Source: a virus
Length of the DNA: 64,000 nucleotides
IMG/VR virus record: IMGVR_UViG_3300044970_001685
Strand: one strand, 5' to 3'
In this document: in pieces, positions 26,781 through 36,695 of the stretch
Layout of the letters: every line of letters starts with the position of its first letter
Position numbering within the stretch: the first letter of the stretch is position 1
Program-made: the position numbers and the translations under genes
The notes under the pieces: generated by a model
Told to the model about the DNA's origin: nothing
Databases searched by the model: none
Seen by the model: only the letters and a program-made list of their open reading frames with translations

Positions 26781-27398
26781 ATGAAATCTGATTACTATAT
26801 TGATAGGATTTCTAAGAAGGATGCGAAAGAACTTCTACTGACCTATCATTATCTAAAAGATTTTTCAAAAGGTTACAAATCAGGATATAACTATGGTTTG
26901 TTCCGAAAGAATGACTTTTCTCCCTTGAATATTGGAGGACCAGTCGGCGTTTGTATTTTTACTGGACTTCCAGTTCCAGAAGTAGCACAAGGAGCATTTG
27001 GACTAGCAAGAAATGAACAAGAAGGACTCTTTGAACTTTCACGACTTTGCATACACCCTGACACCCAACAGGGAGAGTATAATATCACTTCTTGGTTCGT
27101 TTCAAGAGCGATTAAACAGTTACGAAAGGATACAGAAGTTAAAGCAATCATCTCTTACGCTGATAACGATTTTCATACTGGCACAATCTATCGCGCTTGT
27201 AACTTTAAGTATTGTGGTCTTACAGATGCAAAAAAAGATTTCTATTATGCAGACGGCACCAAACATTCAAGAGGTAAAATGAAAGGTGCTGCAGGAGAGT
27301 GGAGAGAACGCTCCCGCAAGCACCGATATGTGATGATGTTTGATAAGAATCTAAAACTCTTATGGACCGATGAGACGAGTGTTCTCAGTGCGGATTAG
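26781..27398 (+). CDS. Mom-like (GNAT-fold) DNA modification protein
   Basis: HYL...YGL...ELSRLC...IISYAD...HTGTIYRACNF.YCG. Confidence 0.65.
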   Translation: MKSDYYIDRISKKDAKELLLTYHYLKDFSKGYKSGYNYGLFRKNDFSPLNIGGPVGVCIFTGLPVPEVAQGAFGLARNEQEGLFELSRLCIHPDTQQGEYNITSWFVSRAIKQLRKDTEVKAIISYADNDFHTGTIYRACNFKYCGLTDAKKDFYYADGTKHSRGKMKGAAGEWRERSRKHRYVMMFDKNLKLLWTDETSVLSAD

Positions 27399-28061
27399 TT
27401 TCTTGTCAACATACTGAGAACTTCTATCATAATGCATAATCACTCTCATATCATTTAAGAATTGTTGTAAATATCCAGATTTTAAAATATAAATTTCTCT
27501 TTTATCTTCATTCAAATTTATTTCATATTCATAATTTGTGACTCCTATAACTGGATTTATTTCTCCAGTAGAGTCTGGTGTAAAAACTTGATTATCATAA
27601 GCACCAACACCAATATAAGTTGATCCAGAAGAAACGGTTATTTTAAAATTAGAGTCAACTTTTTGTCCTTTTGGTAGAATGAGTCTACCTTTTTGATCTT
27701 TAACTTCTATTGTTTCATAATGATGAATCGCATTTAAATTTTGAGTAGTATATTTGTTTTCTGCATAAACATATAGATCACGATTTGATAGTGGCCACTG
27801 ATCTCTAACGTTTATAATTCCAGCAGTTAACAGAACAACCCAATCATAATCTGCTTGACCATAAACTAATTGAGCAACAGTATCTGGTCTACCACCTTCT
27901 TGAATTTGAAATTTATTAAACAGAGTTGCTTTATCTTGTAACCAGTCTAAAAGTTTAACTCTACGAAATAAATTTTTAACCCTTACATAATCTTGTGAAG
28001 AGTTTTTATGAGGGAGTGGAGACTGATATTCTAAATCTGGTAGTTCTCTGAAATATGGCAT
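27360..28061 (-). CDS. gp53: Baseplate wedge subunit gp53
   Basis: YF..LP, KNLFRR, RPD.VA...YG....W.VLL, WP, HHYET. Confidence 0.9.
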   Translation of the reverse strand: MPYFRELPDLEYQSPLPHKNSSQDYVRVKNLFRRVKLLDWLQDKATLFNKFQIQEGGRPDTVAQLVYGQADYDWVVLLTAGIINVRDQWPLSNRDLYVYAENKYTTQNLNAIHHYETIEVKDQKGRLILPKGQKVDSNFKITVSSGSTYIGVGAYDNQVFTPDSTGEINPVIGVTNYEYEINLNEDKREIYILKSGYLQQFLNDMRVIMHYDRSSQYVDKKLIRTENTRLIGP

Positions 28062-28062
28062 T

Positions 28063-29064
28063 TTAGTAACCTACTCCATCCATTGCTTCTGGTTGATCAT
28101 AATCTTCACTGTAAACAGGATTAATTTCTTTAAACGTTAAAGACATTTGCAAATGAACTGGTGCTCCATCTTCATATGTTGCATAAGTTCCTGATGCTGT
28201 ATAATTTACAGAAATGTCAGTTAATGCACAAGGTTTGAATGTATTTAAAAAACTATGTTTTGCAGGTCCTGTTTTATAAGTCAGTTGATAAACGCTTGGA
28301 GCACTAATAAAAAGACCAGCATTTGTATTACTGCCCGTTCCTGCACCACCATTTCTGGCAGACATTGTTTGCTTTAAAACTTTAATTATACCTTTGATTT
28401 CTTCTGCTTCCTGTCTAGATCTAGGAGCAAGGTCAAATATAAATGGGAAAGATCTTAAATTAACACCTTGAAAAAGCAATTCTAAGTTTGAATTTAAAAC
28501 TTGGCCAGTTGCTCTTGATATTAAAGATTCTGGACTAACGTTAGTGCCAAGCACATTAACTGCTCTGGCAGTAACATATGCGCTTAAAGCATTTTTTTGA
28601 TCGGTAGTAATATTTGGTAAATTTTTTAAATTGTTAACTGCTTTGGTAAAAGCGGCTGATGGTCCTTCCTTAATACCAGATTCACCCAATGCTATTAATG
28701 CACCTTCAATAGGATTAATAGTATCATCTCCCCAAGTTACTGAGTTTGTATCACTAATATTCTGTGGTATTGGTAAAATAATATAATGAGTTGGACTAAC
28801 TTTATTTGCTTTTTGTCGTTGCTGCATTGTTTTTGTTTGAACTGGCGGACCAAGTTCAAAACTACCACCAATATAATCAAATATTTTAATCTCTAAGTAA
28901 TCAGAAGTATTATCTAATCTTTTTAGTGGATATCTAAAAGTTGTTTTACCACCACTTTTGTTTTGTGATGTGGTTGCACCTGCATAAGCATTTGCATATG
29001 CATTTTGAGTGGATGCGATAGTAGATGCTTCACTCCCTATTGGAGCCCCGACATTGAGTGGCAT
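28063..29064 (-). CDS. gp48: Baseplate tail-tube cap gp48
   Basis: YP; LPIP; N.ELLF.G..LR.F.F.F...PR...EA; C.L....VNY; L.FKE. Confidence 0.85.
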   Translation of the reverse strand: MPLNVGAPIGSEASTIASTQNAYANAYAGATTSQNKSGGKTTFRYPLKRLDNTSDYLEIKIFDYIGGSFELGPPVQTKTMQQRQKANKVSPTHYIILPIPQNISDTNSVTWGDDTINPIEGALIALGESGIKEGPSAAFTKAVNNLKNLPNITTDQKNALSAYVTARAVNVLGTNVSPESLISRATGQVLNSNLELLFQGVNLRSFPFIFDLAPRSRQEAEEIKGIIKVLKQTMSARNGGAGTGSNTNAGLFISAPSVYQLTYKTGPAKHSFLNTFKPCALTDISVNYTASGTYATYEDGAPVHLQMSLTFKEINPVYSEDYDQPEAMDGVGY

Positions 29065-29077
29065 TTATAATACTTTT

Positions 29078-29518
29078 TTAGTTATTTATTCGGAAATTTG
29101 CAAAAGGTATTGCTTGTAAGTCTTTTATTTCTGATGGGTAAACTTCATACAAAGACCCTACCACTTCATTCCAAGTGTATTGGCGTACTTCTCCCCAATG
29201 CATATTCAACCCTTTGAATCCCCATTGAAAGACATCCGTTACTGCAACTAATGGATTTTGATCGTATCTTAGTTGTGGTGTTTTCGCGTTATAAACAAAA
29301 ATATAAAATTTACCTGCCTGAGGAACTTTTCCACTTTCCGAAACTACTTCCAGAAGTTCCAACATTAAATCATCACCGCTTTCTTTTCCTGTGATTCCAT
29401 TAAGAACAGAACGAACTCGGTTTTGATTGCTATCAGTGTCTGTTGGTTGTTTCTTTGCTTTTTGTTCGGCAAGTTTTCTTTTTTGGGATTGGAGAAGAGT
29501 CTCTCTCTTTTCTGCCAT
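29078..29518 (-). CDS. gp2-like DNA end protector family protein
   Basis: GKFY.F.Y.AKT....YD..PLV...GF.GLN.H; lies next to gp4. Confidence 0.6.
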   Translation of the reverse strand: MAEKRETLLQSQKRKLAEQKAKKQPTDTDSNQNRVRSVLNGITGKESGDDLMLELLEVVSESGKVPQAGKFYIFVYNAKTPQLRYDQNPLVAVTDVFQWGFKGLNMHWGEVRQYTWNEVVGSLYEVYPSEIKDLQAIPFANFRINN

Positions 29519-29955
29519 TACTTGATACCTAGTTCGTTTTCTGTTAGAACTTTAAATTCATAACCACGATCTGCACACCATTCTCTTGCTGCTTCCCATT
29601 TTGCTTGATTTTTAGCATATTCATATGCTTCACTGATATATCCTTTTGTTTGCCTTTTTTGTTTTGGTGGAGGAACAGTTTGTCTTTTTGGTTTGATCTC
29701 AATCACATATTTTTTAATTGAACCATTTTCTTCTTTTACCTTAATAATGAAGTCGGGAAAATATCTATGAACTTTTCCATCTATTGGTGATCTATATGGA
29801 ATACATTTCTCTTCTGATGCCCATTCTAATACTTTTTCATTTAAATCACAATAAACACAAAACTTTCTTTCCCATAAAGAACGATATATGATGTTTGTTG
29901 GATCTCCTTTGTATTTTTGTGGATAAGATGGTTTATATTTTCCCTTGTATGACAT
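29518..29955 (-). CDS. gp4: Head completion nuclease gp4
   Basis: KYKGD...I.YRS.WE, W.SE, HRYFPDF, EIKP, N.AKW. Confidence 0.92.
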   Translation of the reverse strand: MSYKGKYKPSYPQKYKGDPTNIIYRSLWERKFCVYCDLNEKVLEWASEEKCIPYRSPIDGKVHRYFPDFIIKVKEENGSIKKYVIEIKPKRQTVPPPKQKRQTKGYISEAYEYAKNQAKWEAAREWCADRGYEFKVLTENELGIK

Positions 29956-29990
29956 CTAAATAACTAAAATACTCATAATAGGTATTTAGA
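29955..29990. promoter_or_regulatory. Divergent pair of late promoters
   Basis: Inverted repeat TCTAAATA (29955-62) / TATTTAGA (29983-90) between divergent genes. Confidence 0.7.
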
Positions 29991-30869
29991 GTGCCTGCAC
30001 CAAGACCAAGGAAAATATCAGAGTTTAAACCACTTTTTACCAATCTTGCACAAACCTCACATTATCAGGTAATTTTTGGTGGATTATCTGGTTCATTAAG
30101 ATCTTATCTTAGACTAAGAGGAGTTGATTCTCGTTTTATTGGAGAATCCGTTGGATTGCTTTGCAATTCTGCTTCTTTGCCAGGAAGTTCTTTTGCAACA
30201 GCAGATATTGTTGGTAATTATACTGGAGTTGCCGAAAAAATGGCACATACCAGAACATTTACCCAAATTGATTTAGAATTTTATGTTGACAGATCTTATA
30301 GAACTATAAAATTTTTAGAGCACTGGATGGAATTTGTGAGTAGTGGATCAAGAGAACAACCATATCAAGATGGATATTATTTTAGAATGAGATATCCTGA
30401 TGAATATAAATGTAATGCAACAAGAATTGTAAAATTTGACAGAGATTATAAAAATTATATTGAATATACTTTCTATGGATTATTTCCATTAACTTTAAAT
30501 TCTACTGCTATATCTTATGAATCGTCTGGAATTTTAAAGGCAAGTGCTTCTTTCAGTTATGAAAGATATGTTTGTGGGAGAACTTATAGCATTGATATTG
30601 CTAGAAATGCAGATAATAACTTAGTACCAGAGTTGGCAACTAATTTCTTAAATGAAACAAATTTAAATAAACCAGTTTATGTTCCAGTATCTCCTGGTGC
30701 AGCGTCTGCAAGTGGAGTTAGATTTAGACCAGTCAATGTTTCAACTGGTGAAGCAATAGTTACTGGTCAACTTTATAATACTCTTTCGGGAGGAATTTCA
30801 AACGGATATTTCAGTTCCAGTAAATCAAGTTCGACTAATTCGGTAATTGGAACTAGAAGAGTGATCTAA
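29991..30869 (+). CDS. Tail-tube initiator (gp54/gp19-like)
   Basis: LLC.SASLPG, FYVD, F.E.W, FP..., F.Y.RY. Confidence 0.75.
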   Translation: MPAPRPRKISEFKPLFTNLAQTSHYQVIFGGLSGSLRSYLRLRGVDSRFIGESVGLLCNSASLPGSSFATADIVGNYTGVAEKMAHTRTFTQIDLEFYVDRSYRTIKFLEHWMEFVSSGSREQPYQDGYYFRMRYPDEYKCNATRIVKFDRDYKNYIEYTFYGLFPLTLNSTAISYESSGILKASASFSYERYVCGRTYSIDIARNADNNLVPELATNFLNETNLNKPVYVPVSPGAASASGVRFRPVNVSTGEAIVTGQLYNTLSGGISNGYFSSSKSSSTNSVIGTRRVI

Positions 30870-30898
30870 ATATTTTTATCTGAATTGTAAGGATTATT

Positions 30899-31618
30899 AT
30901 GCCTTTACCCAAAATTTCCACACCAACTTATGAGTTGGAAATTCCTTCGTCAAAAAAGACGATTAAATATAGACCTTTTCTTGTTAAAGAAGAAAAGGTT
31001 TTAATTATTGCAATGGAAAGTGAAGATAGTAAGCAGATTGCAAACGCAGTTAAAGAAGTTATTTCTGCTTGCATTTTAACAAGAGGTGTAAAAGTAGAAG
31101 AACTTTCTACTTTTGATATTGAATATCTTTTTCTAAACATTCGTGGTAAATCTGTTGGTGAAGATGTAGAAGTTTTAATTACTTGTCCAGATGATAATAT
31201 TACTCAGGTTCCCACATTAATCAATCTTGATGAGATTAAAGTTCAAGTTTCTGATGATCATTCAAGAGATATTAAACTAGACGATAATCTAATCCTAAGA
31301 ATGAAATATCCTTCAATGGATGAGTTTATTAAGAGTAATTTCACTGCTGGAACTGAAATTGGTGTAACAGAAACTTTTGATCTTATTGCTTCTTGTATTG
31401 AACAGGTTTATTCTGAAGAAGAATCTTGGTCTGCAAAAGATTGTACTAAAAAAGAACTTTTAGAATTTATTGAACAATTGAGTTCAAAACAATTTAAAGA
31501 AATTGAAACTTTCTTTGACACGATGCCAAAACTTTCTCATACTATTAAAGTTAAAAATCCAAAAACCGATGTTGAAAGTGAAGTTGTATTGGAGGGACTT
31601 ACTTCTTTTTTCGGGTAA
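30899..31618 (+). CDS. gp26: Baseplate hub assembly chaperone gp26
   Basis: MPLP....PTYEL..PS....YRPFLVKEEK; DIEYLFL.IR.KSVGE; ends EGL.SFF. Confidence 0.9.
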   Translation: MPLPKISTPTYELEIPSSKKTIKYRPFLVKEEKVLIIAMESEDSKQIANAVKEVISACILTRGVKVEELSTFDIEYLFLNIRGKSVGEDVEVLITCPDDNITQVPTLINLDEIKVQVSDDHSRDIKLDDNLILRMKYPSMDEFIKSNFTAGTEIGVTETFDLIASCIEQVYSEEESWSAKDCTKKELLEFIEQLSSKQFKEIETFFDTMPKLSHTIKVKNPKTDVESEVVLEGLTSFFG

Positions 31619-31620
31619 GT

Positions 31621-31794
31621 ATGGCTCACGAAGATCTTGAGTCATACTACAAGGTTAATTTTGCCTTAATGCAACATCATAAATATAGCTTGACAGAGTT
31701 AGAAAATATGATACCTTGGGAGAGAGAAATTTATCTTTCTCTTCTCAAACAGTATATTGAAGAGGAAAATCTAAAACAAGGAATAAATGGCTGA
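31621..31794 (+). CDS. gp51: gp51-like hub assembly catalyst (57 aa)
   Basis: YYKVNFALMQHHKYSLTELENMIPWEREIY; below the track cutoff. Confidence 0.85.
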   Translation: MAHEDLESYYKVNFALMQHHKYSLTELENMIPWEREIYLSLLKQYIEEENLKQGING

Positions 31795-33394
31795 GATAAA
31801 ATCGCCACTATCGGGAGGATTAAGAGTTGCTAGAAAAACGGTGTCTGCGGATGCTTTCAGAGCAGCAGCAGCGCCACCTCCTGCTCAGCCAGATCCAGTT
31901 ACAACATCATTAATACAAAGAAACTCATTAGCACTAAACACGGTTTCTGAACAGTTATCTGCATTAACGCAACAAGTTAACTCATTAAACGTTGCGATGC
32001 AGAATGTTTATGGGAATGTTATCCAAAGTGCTGCATTAGAAAGAAGACAAACTGCTCAGGAACAAGATCAAGAAAGAAGACTTGCTGAGCAACAATTAAG
32101 AGAAGGAAAAGAGAGTATTATTGAAAGAAAGATACAAAATGCTCTTGTATATCCTGTACAAAAAGTTGCAGCGAAAGCATCATTTACTCTTTCTCGTTTG
32201 ATGCAATTTTTTACCACTCTTCTGGGTGGTTGGTTATTGCAGCAAGGTATAGAGACTATCAAGGCTCTTGGTGACGGAAATAGGCAAAAGTTAGAAGAAA
32301 TTAAAAATAGTGTCATTAAAAATCTTGGCATTATTGGTGGAGTATATGCTGGAATTAGGTTTGGATTAACTTCTGTATTCAATATACTAACAAGAGTTGC
32401 TGCTAGGGTTACAACTGCTGTTGCAGTTGGATTATTTTTAAGACCAGTTCAAGCACTTCTTGATGGTGTTAAAGGTGCAGCAAATAGAATTATACCTAAA
32501 ATAAAAAATATTCTTCCTGGATTTTCAAGATCTGGTGGTGGGGGGAATCCACCTCCTGCTGGTGGAAATCCACCTCCTGCTGGACCAGCAAGAACAGTAG
32601 CAGAAGCAGAACAAAGAGTTTCGGGGCAAGGAATAAACAGATTTGGATTGACTTCTATACTTACTGGTGCCGCATTAGGGACTGGTTTAGACATTGCTGG
32701 AGGAGAAGATCCTGCAAGAGCAGCAGCAGGTAATCTTGGTGGTGCCACTATGGCAGCAGGTGCAGCAAATCTATTCTCAAGATTTGCACCAGGTCCTCTT
32801 AAACTTCCCGCTGCTCTCGCTGCTGGATTTTTTAGTTATGGTCCAGCAACAGATTTGTTCAAAGGATTTTATGATAAGTCAACTGAAATGTTTAGTGGTG
32901 GAGCATTTGGTGGTCCAGGTGTAGATAAAAACTTACTATCACAAACATCACAAAACAAAATTACAAATATTGCTTTTGGATCTAATAATTTAATGGGTGA
33001 TGGAAAACAAACTTCCGATGTTGCATCACAATCTGAAAATCAAGATTTTAGCAAACCAGCACAATATGGAGAAATTAATGTTGCTCAGTTGATGGGTGTA
33101 GAAGGAATTAACTTACAAGATGCATTTAGTTCTTCTACATTAAAGACTCCCATTGCTGATATAACTCCAATAAAACAGGAAGCAACAATGAAGGCAGAAA
33201 GTGTTGGTCCTTTACCAGAACCAGCACCGACAATTATTCCATTACCAATGGGCGGAACACAAGTTGCCGCAAAACAAGGAGCATCTGGTCAAAATACTGG
33301 ACCAGCAAACAATGTTCCAAGTATTGATCCAGAAAATCATAATAATTTTTATGTTGTTTATGCTCACTCAGTGTACAATGTACCGATGACATAA
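31787..33394 (+). CDS. Baseplate hub/tape-measure-like protein
   Basis: Coiled coil plus Ala/Gly-rich hydrophobic helices; follows the chaperone pair. Confidence 0.55.
   Translation: MAEIKSPLSGGLRVARKTVSADAFRAAAAPPPAQPDPVTTSLIQRNSLALNTVSEQLSALTQQVNSLNVAMQNVYGNVIQSAALERRQTAQEQDQERRLAEQQLREGKESIIERKIQNALVYPVQKVAAKASFTLSRLMQFFTTLLGGWLLQQGIETIKALGDGNRQKLEEIKNSVIKNLGIIGGVYAGIRFGLTSVFNILTRVAARVTTAVAVGLFLRPVQALLDGVKGAANRIIPKIKNILPGFSRSGGGGNPPPAGGNPPPAGPARTVAEAEQRVSGQGINRFGLTSILTGAALGTGLDIAGGEDPARAAAGNLGGATMAAGAANLFSRFAPGPLKLPAALAAGFFSYGPATDLFKGFYDKSTEMFSGGAFGGPGVDKNLLSQTSQNKITNIAFGSNNLMGDGKQTSDVASQSENQDFSKPAQYGEINVAQLMGVEGINLQDAFSSSTLKTPIADITPIKQEATMKAESVGPLPEPAPTIIPLPMGGTQVAAKQGASGQNTGPANNVPSIDPENHNNFYVVYAHSVYNVPMT
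32546..32583 (+). repeat. 21-bp-period tandem duplication (GGNPPPA x2)
   Basis: AATCCACCTCCTGCTGG at 32546 and 32567. Confidence 0.8.
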
Positions 33395-33395
33395 T

Positions 33396-35318
33396 ATGGC
33401 ACAAAATCTTCAAGGGACTTTAATAAAATCAACAATAGGTGTAGATAAAATTAAAAAGTCTGTAATGACTTTTAATAAGAGTATTAACACTACTCAAAAA
33501 ACGGCAATGAAGATTAATACTTCACTGTCAAATAGTAATCGCCAAAAACAACAATCAATAAGACTTTCCGTATCCAACTTTCAGAAAAGGAGAGAAGCAG
33601 TTAGAAGAAGAGAAAGAGAAGATATAATTGAAGCATCTGGAATTAGTGGGGCAATTAGAAGACAGGGTAAAGTAATATCATCTAGCACAAAAGGTTTTCT
33701 TGGTAGAATATTAGATTTTATTGGAACTTTAATGGTTGGTTGGTTATTAAATAATCTTCCAACAATTATTAGACTTGGTGAACAACTCATAACGAGAATG
33801 GGTAAATTGTATGTTGTTTTAAGATCTTTTGTGGGTAACGTTACAACTATACTTTCTGGATTTGGAAGTCTTTTAACGGGAACTTTTAGAAATTTAATTG
33901 CTTTTGATTTCAGTACTCAGAAGCAATTAATTGATAGTAGTTTGTCTACAATTCAAAATGGAATGTTAGGTATTGAAATGGACTTTAATAGAGCAATAGA
34001 TCTTCTTTCTCAACCACTTGATCTTGGATTTGATGAACTAGATATTCCAGAAGAAAGGGGTGAAGCACCACCTGCTGCACCAGAAGATGTTCCTACTGGT
34101 GCTGGTGGTATGCAGGCAATATTAGATGTAATTGGTGATGCAGAATCCCCTGGAAAGGGATATACTGCAATTGCACCCGGAGATTATAATCCAAATCTTA
34201 CAAAAATGACAATTGCAGAAGCAAATAAGGCAATTGGTGTTAAAGGTGGTAGAGGTGCAATTGGTAGATATCAACTTACAAACCCAATAGGTCAAGCAAG
34301 GGCAGCAGGTCTAAATCCTGATAAAGATTTGTTTAGTCCAGAAAATCAAGATAAGATAGCACTTCACTTAATAAAATCAAGGGGTGTTACTCTTGATATG
34401 ATCAAGAATAATCCAGAAGAAGCATCGGTTCGTTTGAGTGCTGAATGGGCAGGTCTTCCAATGTTGAAAGTTTCAGGCCCATACGCAAGAAAAGTCGGAG
34501 ATAGTTATTATCAAGGTTATAATGGAAATAGATCGACAATTTCTGTTGATAGACTAAGAAAAGCATTTTCTCAGGCAGTTACTACACCAGCAACAACACC
34601 AACACCATCTACTCCATTACCAAGATCTCGTGTCAAGGATGAGATTAATGTATCTGGTCCTTCTGGTGGAACACCCTCTGTTGGTCTTTCGGGAGGTGGT
34701 GGTAATTATGGAGCATATAGATCATCTACAAGAAGTCATGCAGGTATTGACATAGGAACTAGCGGACAGAAAGGATGGTTAGTTGGTTTTAAATCATCTG
34801 GAGTAGTAACCTATGCTGGTCAAGGTGGTGGATATGGAAATCTAGTCATCATTAAATCTGGTAATACTGAATATTACTTTGCACACCTTGCAAGAATCTT
34901 TGTTAAACTTGGACCCTATAATGGAGAAGTGATTGGAGAAATTGGAAATACTGGTTCTGGTTATGGAATACACTTACACTATGAAGTTCGCCCAAATGGA
35001 AGACCAATTGATCCAAAACCATATTTAAATCTCTTAGATATTGGAAGACAGACTATTGCACCCCAAACTGCTGCAAAACCAGCAACTCCAACAGGAATAC
35101 AAATTGCTAGTGCAACACCAGCATCGACTCAAACTGCAACACAAGTCACACCAGAAAGAAAGGGTCAAACTATATTAGTACCAATGCAAGAACCAACACA
35201 AGTTGCACAGGCACCTGCACCATCTTCCAGAGGTGGTAGTGGTTTAAGTGGATCAAGTTCTGATAAAAGTGGATTAAATAGATATATCGAACAAAGTCAG
35301 TATCTTTCCCTAGCGTAA
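33396..35318 (+). CDS. Tail-associated protein with lysozyme-like and M23 peptidase domains
   Basis: AES...Y...A.GRYQ...FSPENQDKIA...W..LP; HAGIDI...GYGN...AHL...HLHYE. Confidence 0.8.
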   Translation: MAQNLQGTLIKSTIGVDKIKKSVMTFNKSINTTQKTAMKINTSLSNSNRQKQQSIRLSVSNFQKRREAVRRREREDIIEASGISGAIRRQGKVISSSTKGFLGRILDFIGTLMVGWLLNNLPTIIRLGEQLITRMGKLYVVLRSFVGNVTTILSGFGSLLTGTFRNLIAFDFSTQKQLIDSSLSTIQNGMLGIEMDFNRAIDLLSQPLDLGFDELDIPEERGEAPPAAPEDVPTGAGGMQAILDVIGDAESPGKGYTAIAPGDYNPNLTKMTIAEANKAIGVKGGRGAIGRYQLTNPIGQARAAGLNPDKDLFSPENQDKIALHLIKSRGVTLDMIKNNPEEASVRLSAEWAGLPMLKVSGPYARKVGDSYYQGYNGNRSTISVDRLRKAFSQAVTTPATTPTPSTPLPRSRVKDEINVSGPSGGTPSVGLSGGGGNYGAYRSSTRSHAGIDIGTSGQKGWLVGFKSSGVVTYAGQGGGYGNLVIIKSGNTEYYFAHLARIFVKLGPYNGEVIGEIGNTGSGYGIHLHYEVRPNGRPIDPKPYLNLLDIGRQTIAPQTAAKPATPTGIQIASATPASTQTATQVTPERKGQTILVPMQEPTQVAQAPAPSSRGGSGLSGSSSDKSGLNRYIEQSQYLSLA

Positions 35319-35324
35319 TTATAA

Positions 35325-36692
35325 ATGGCAGCAATCGACAGGTCAATATACGAAACACTTATTCTCGAGTCAAGAGATGGCAAAAAAACTGTCGATGTTA
35401 GATTAGGAACAGTATCTATCGATTATTATGAGGACATTTTTTCACCAACAGTTACCGCAACAATAGTGATTACAAACTCTGGTAACTCTGTTCCAAAATC
35501 AGATAATCAAGGCAATCCAGATCTCGTTTGTATGACACCTGATGGTGAAATGCAATCAATTTATCAGGGTCTTCCTCTAAGAGGTGGTGAAAAGGTTTCT
35601 ATTAAAATAGCAGGAAATTCTCCAACTAATCCTGGATTAGATTTCGCAACTAATCCAGAAGATAATCTTTATGTTTCGAGTATTGGGAATGTTATTAGTG
35701 AAAACCAAAGGGAGACATTTGTTTTATACCTATCTTCAAAAGAAGCAATTATAAATGAAACTCAAAATGTTACTAAAAAGTATCCAACTTCATCCCCAAT
35801 ATCAGCATCTGCCGAAAATATAATTAAAGAATATATTAGAACCAATAAACCAGTTCAAATTGATCAAACCTCAAATAAGTATGGATTTGTAGGTAATTCA
35901 AAAAAACCATTTAGTCTTTTAGTAACTTTAGCATCAAAGTCAGTTCCAGAGATATCAAAAGAAAATTCAACTGCTGGATTTGTTTTCTTTCAAACAAAAG
36001 ACGGTTTCTTTTTTAAATCCTTGGATAGTTTAATTACACAAGAACCAAAGGCATCTTACACTTATACTGAAATTAACAAACATTCTTCCGAAAGAAATAA
36101 TGATTTTAATATCTTATCATATACTACAAGTAAAAATCAAAAATTATTAGAAAATCTAAGAATGGGGGCATTTGCGTCTGAAAGAATTGTTTTTGATCCT
36201 TCAACTTTTAGAACAACCATTATAAACTTTGATAAAAATCAATATGCTGGAAAATCAAAAAATCTTGGAACAAAGATAGAACCTCCTAAGATTTCTTTTT
36301 CAGATGCGGTTGATCTAGATCTCGGAGAAACTACATCAAGAATAGTTGCAACGATTGCAGACATTGGAACATTTGATCCAGAAGTTTCATTAAATCAAAA
36401 TGCAAACTCAATAAATTATCAGGCACAATCTCTAATGAGATATAATACATTGTTTACGCAAGTATTAAATGCAACTATTCCATCAAATACAAATTTGAGA
36501 GCAGGAGATATTATTGAGTGCCAGTTTCCAAAAACAACTATTTCTAAAAAGAAAGAATTTGATCAGGAACAAAGTGGTCTATATATGATTAAAGCATTGT
36601 GTCATCATTTTGATACCACTGGATCATATACATCTTTGAAACTAATTAGAGATACTTTTGGAAAATTCGGAACTAATAATAAGGTAGATTAA
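35325..36692 (+). CDS. Baseplate hub protein (gp27-like)
   Basis: YYEDIFSP, LPLRGGE, FFQTKDGF.FKS.D, LRAGD.I, SGLYMI..L.H.F; precedes gp5. Confidence 0.65.
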   Translation: MAAIDRSIYETLILESRDGKKTVDVRLGTVSIDYYEDIFSPTVTATIVITNSGNSVPKSDNQGNPDLVCMTPDGEMQSIYQGLPLRGGEKVSIKIAGNSPTNPGLDFATNPEDNLYVSSIGNVISENQRETFVLYLSSKEAIINETQNVTKKYPTSSPISASAENIIKEYIRTNKPVQIDQTSNKYGFVGNSKKPFSLLVTLASKSVPEISKENSTAGFVFFQTKDGFFFKSLDSLITQEPKASYTYTEINKHSSERNNDFNILSYTTSKNQKLLENLRMGAFASERIVFDPSTFRTTIINFDKNQYAGKSKNLGTKIEPPKISFSDAVDLDLGETTSRIVATIADIGTFDPEVSLNQNANSINYQAQSLMRYNTLFTQVLNATIPSNTNLRAGDIIECQFPKTTISKKKEFDQEQSGLYMIKALCHHFDTTGSYTSLKLIRDTFGKFGTNNKVD

Positions 36693-36695
36693 GGA

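Noticed and set aside
29518-29955. TnsA-like nuclease as a sign of a transposon
   Set aside because: It is the core T4 gp4 head-completion gene in its normal context
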